A stretch of DNA of 63,892 nt, filler included, from Octopus bimaculoides (taxonomy: Eukaryota), in NCBI RefSeq assembly GCF_001194135.2. It is 4 parts of 4 records of this genome, joined end to end, with 100 filler letters (N's around TTAATTAATTAA, not from the genome) between each part and the next. Parts side by side here need not be neighbours in the genome. Positions count along the whole stretch, not along the records: positions 61,159 to 63,892 come from NC_068986.1; 3 more parts are not named here. The stretch is one strand, 5' to 3'. Below the pieces are notes generated by a model. It saw only the letters and a list, made by a program, of their open reading frames with translations. It was not told the origin of the DNA and made no database searches. A program made the position numbers and the translations under genes. Below are positions 63,861-63,892 of this stretch, piece by piece (the stretch's first letter is position 1; each line of letters starts with the position of its first letter).

Positions 63861-63892
63861 ATATATATATATTATGAATATTATGCGCGCAC

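Overview
AT-rich eukaryotic draft-assembly scaffold with many N gaps. The mix of (TA)n/(CA)n/(TAA)n/(GAT)n microsatellites and SINE/LINE families points to a cephalopod (Octopus-like) genome; this is inferred, not proven. I cannot recognise any intact host protein-coding gene, and nearly all ORF-track entries are microsatellite or gap read-through. Recognisable coding remnants are all transposon-derived: RTE, L1/Tx1, Dong/R4, Penelope (GIY-YIG), Tigger/pogo, mariner and Chapaev3-like. The window also holds many tRNA-derived SINEs, hAT and Tc1/mariner MITEs, a Helentron-type element and a gap-truncated tRNA-Asp(GTC). Main leads: (1) a hammerhead-ribozyme-like motif at 29099-29160 (minus strand) with an intact catalytic core but its three strands in a non-circularly permuted order; (2) a tRNA-headed composite element carrying a second hammerhead-like core (55095-55372); (3) a symmetric CpG-rich promoter-like motif cluster (ZNF143/SBS, YY1, two inverted NRF1, ETS/STAT) at about 12.7 kb with no identifiable gene; (4) CpG-decay domains, read from sibling repeat copies, suggesting two hidden methylated gene bodies; (5) candidate micro-exons. 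All calls are by eye, without database searches.
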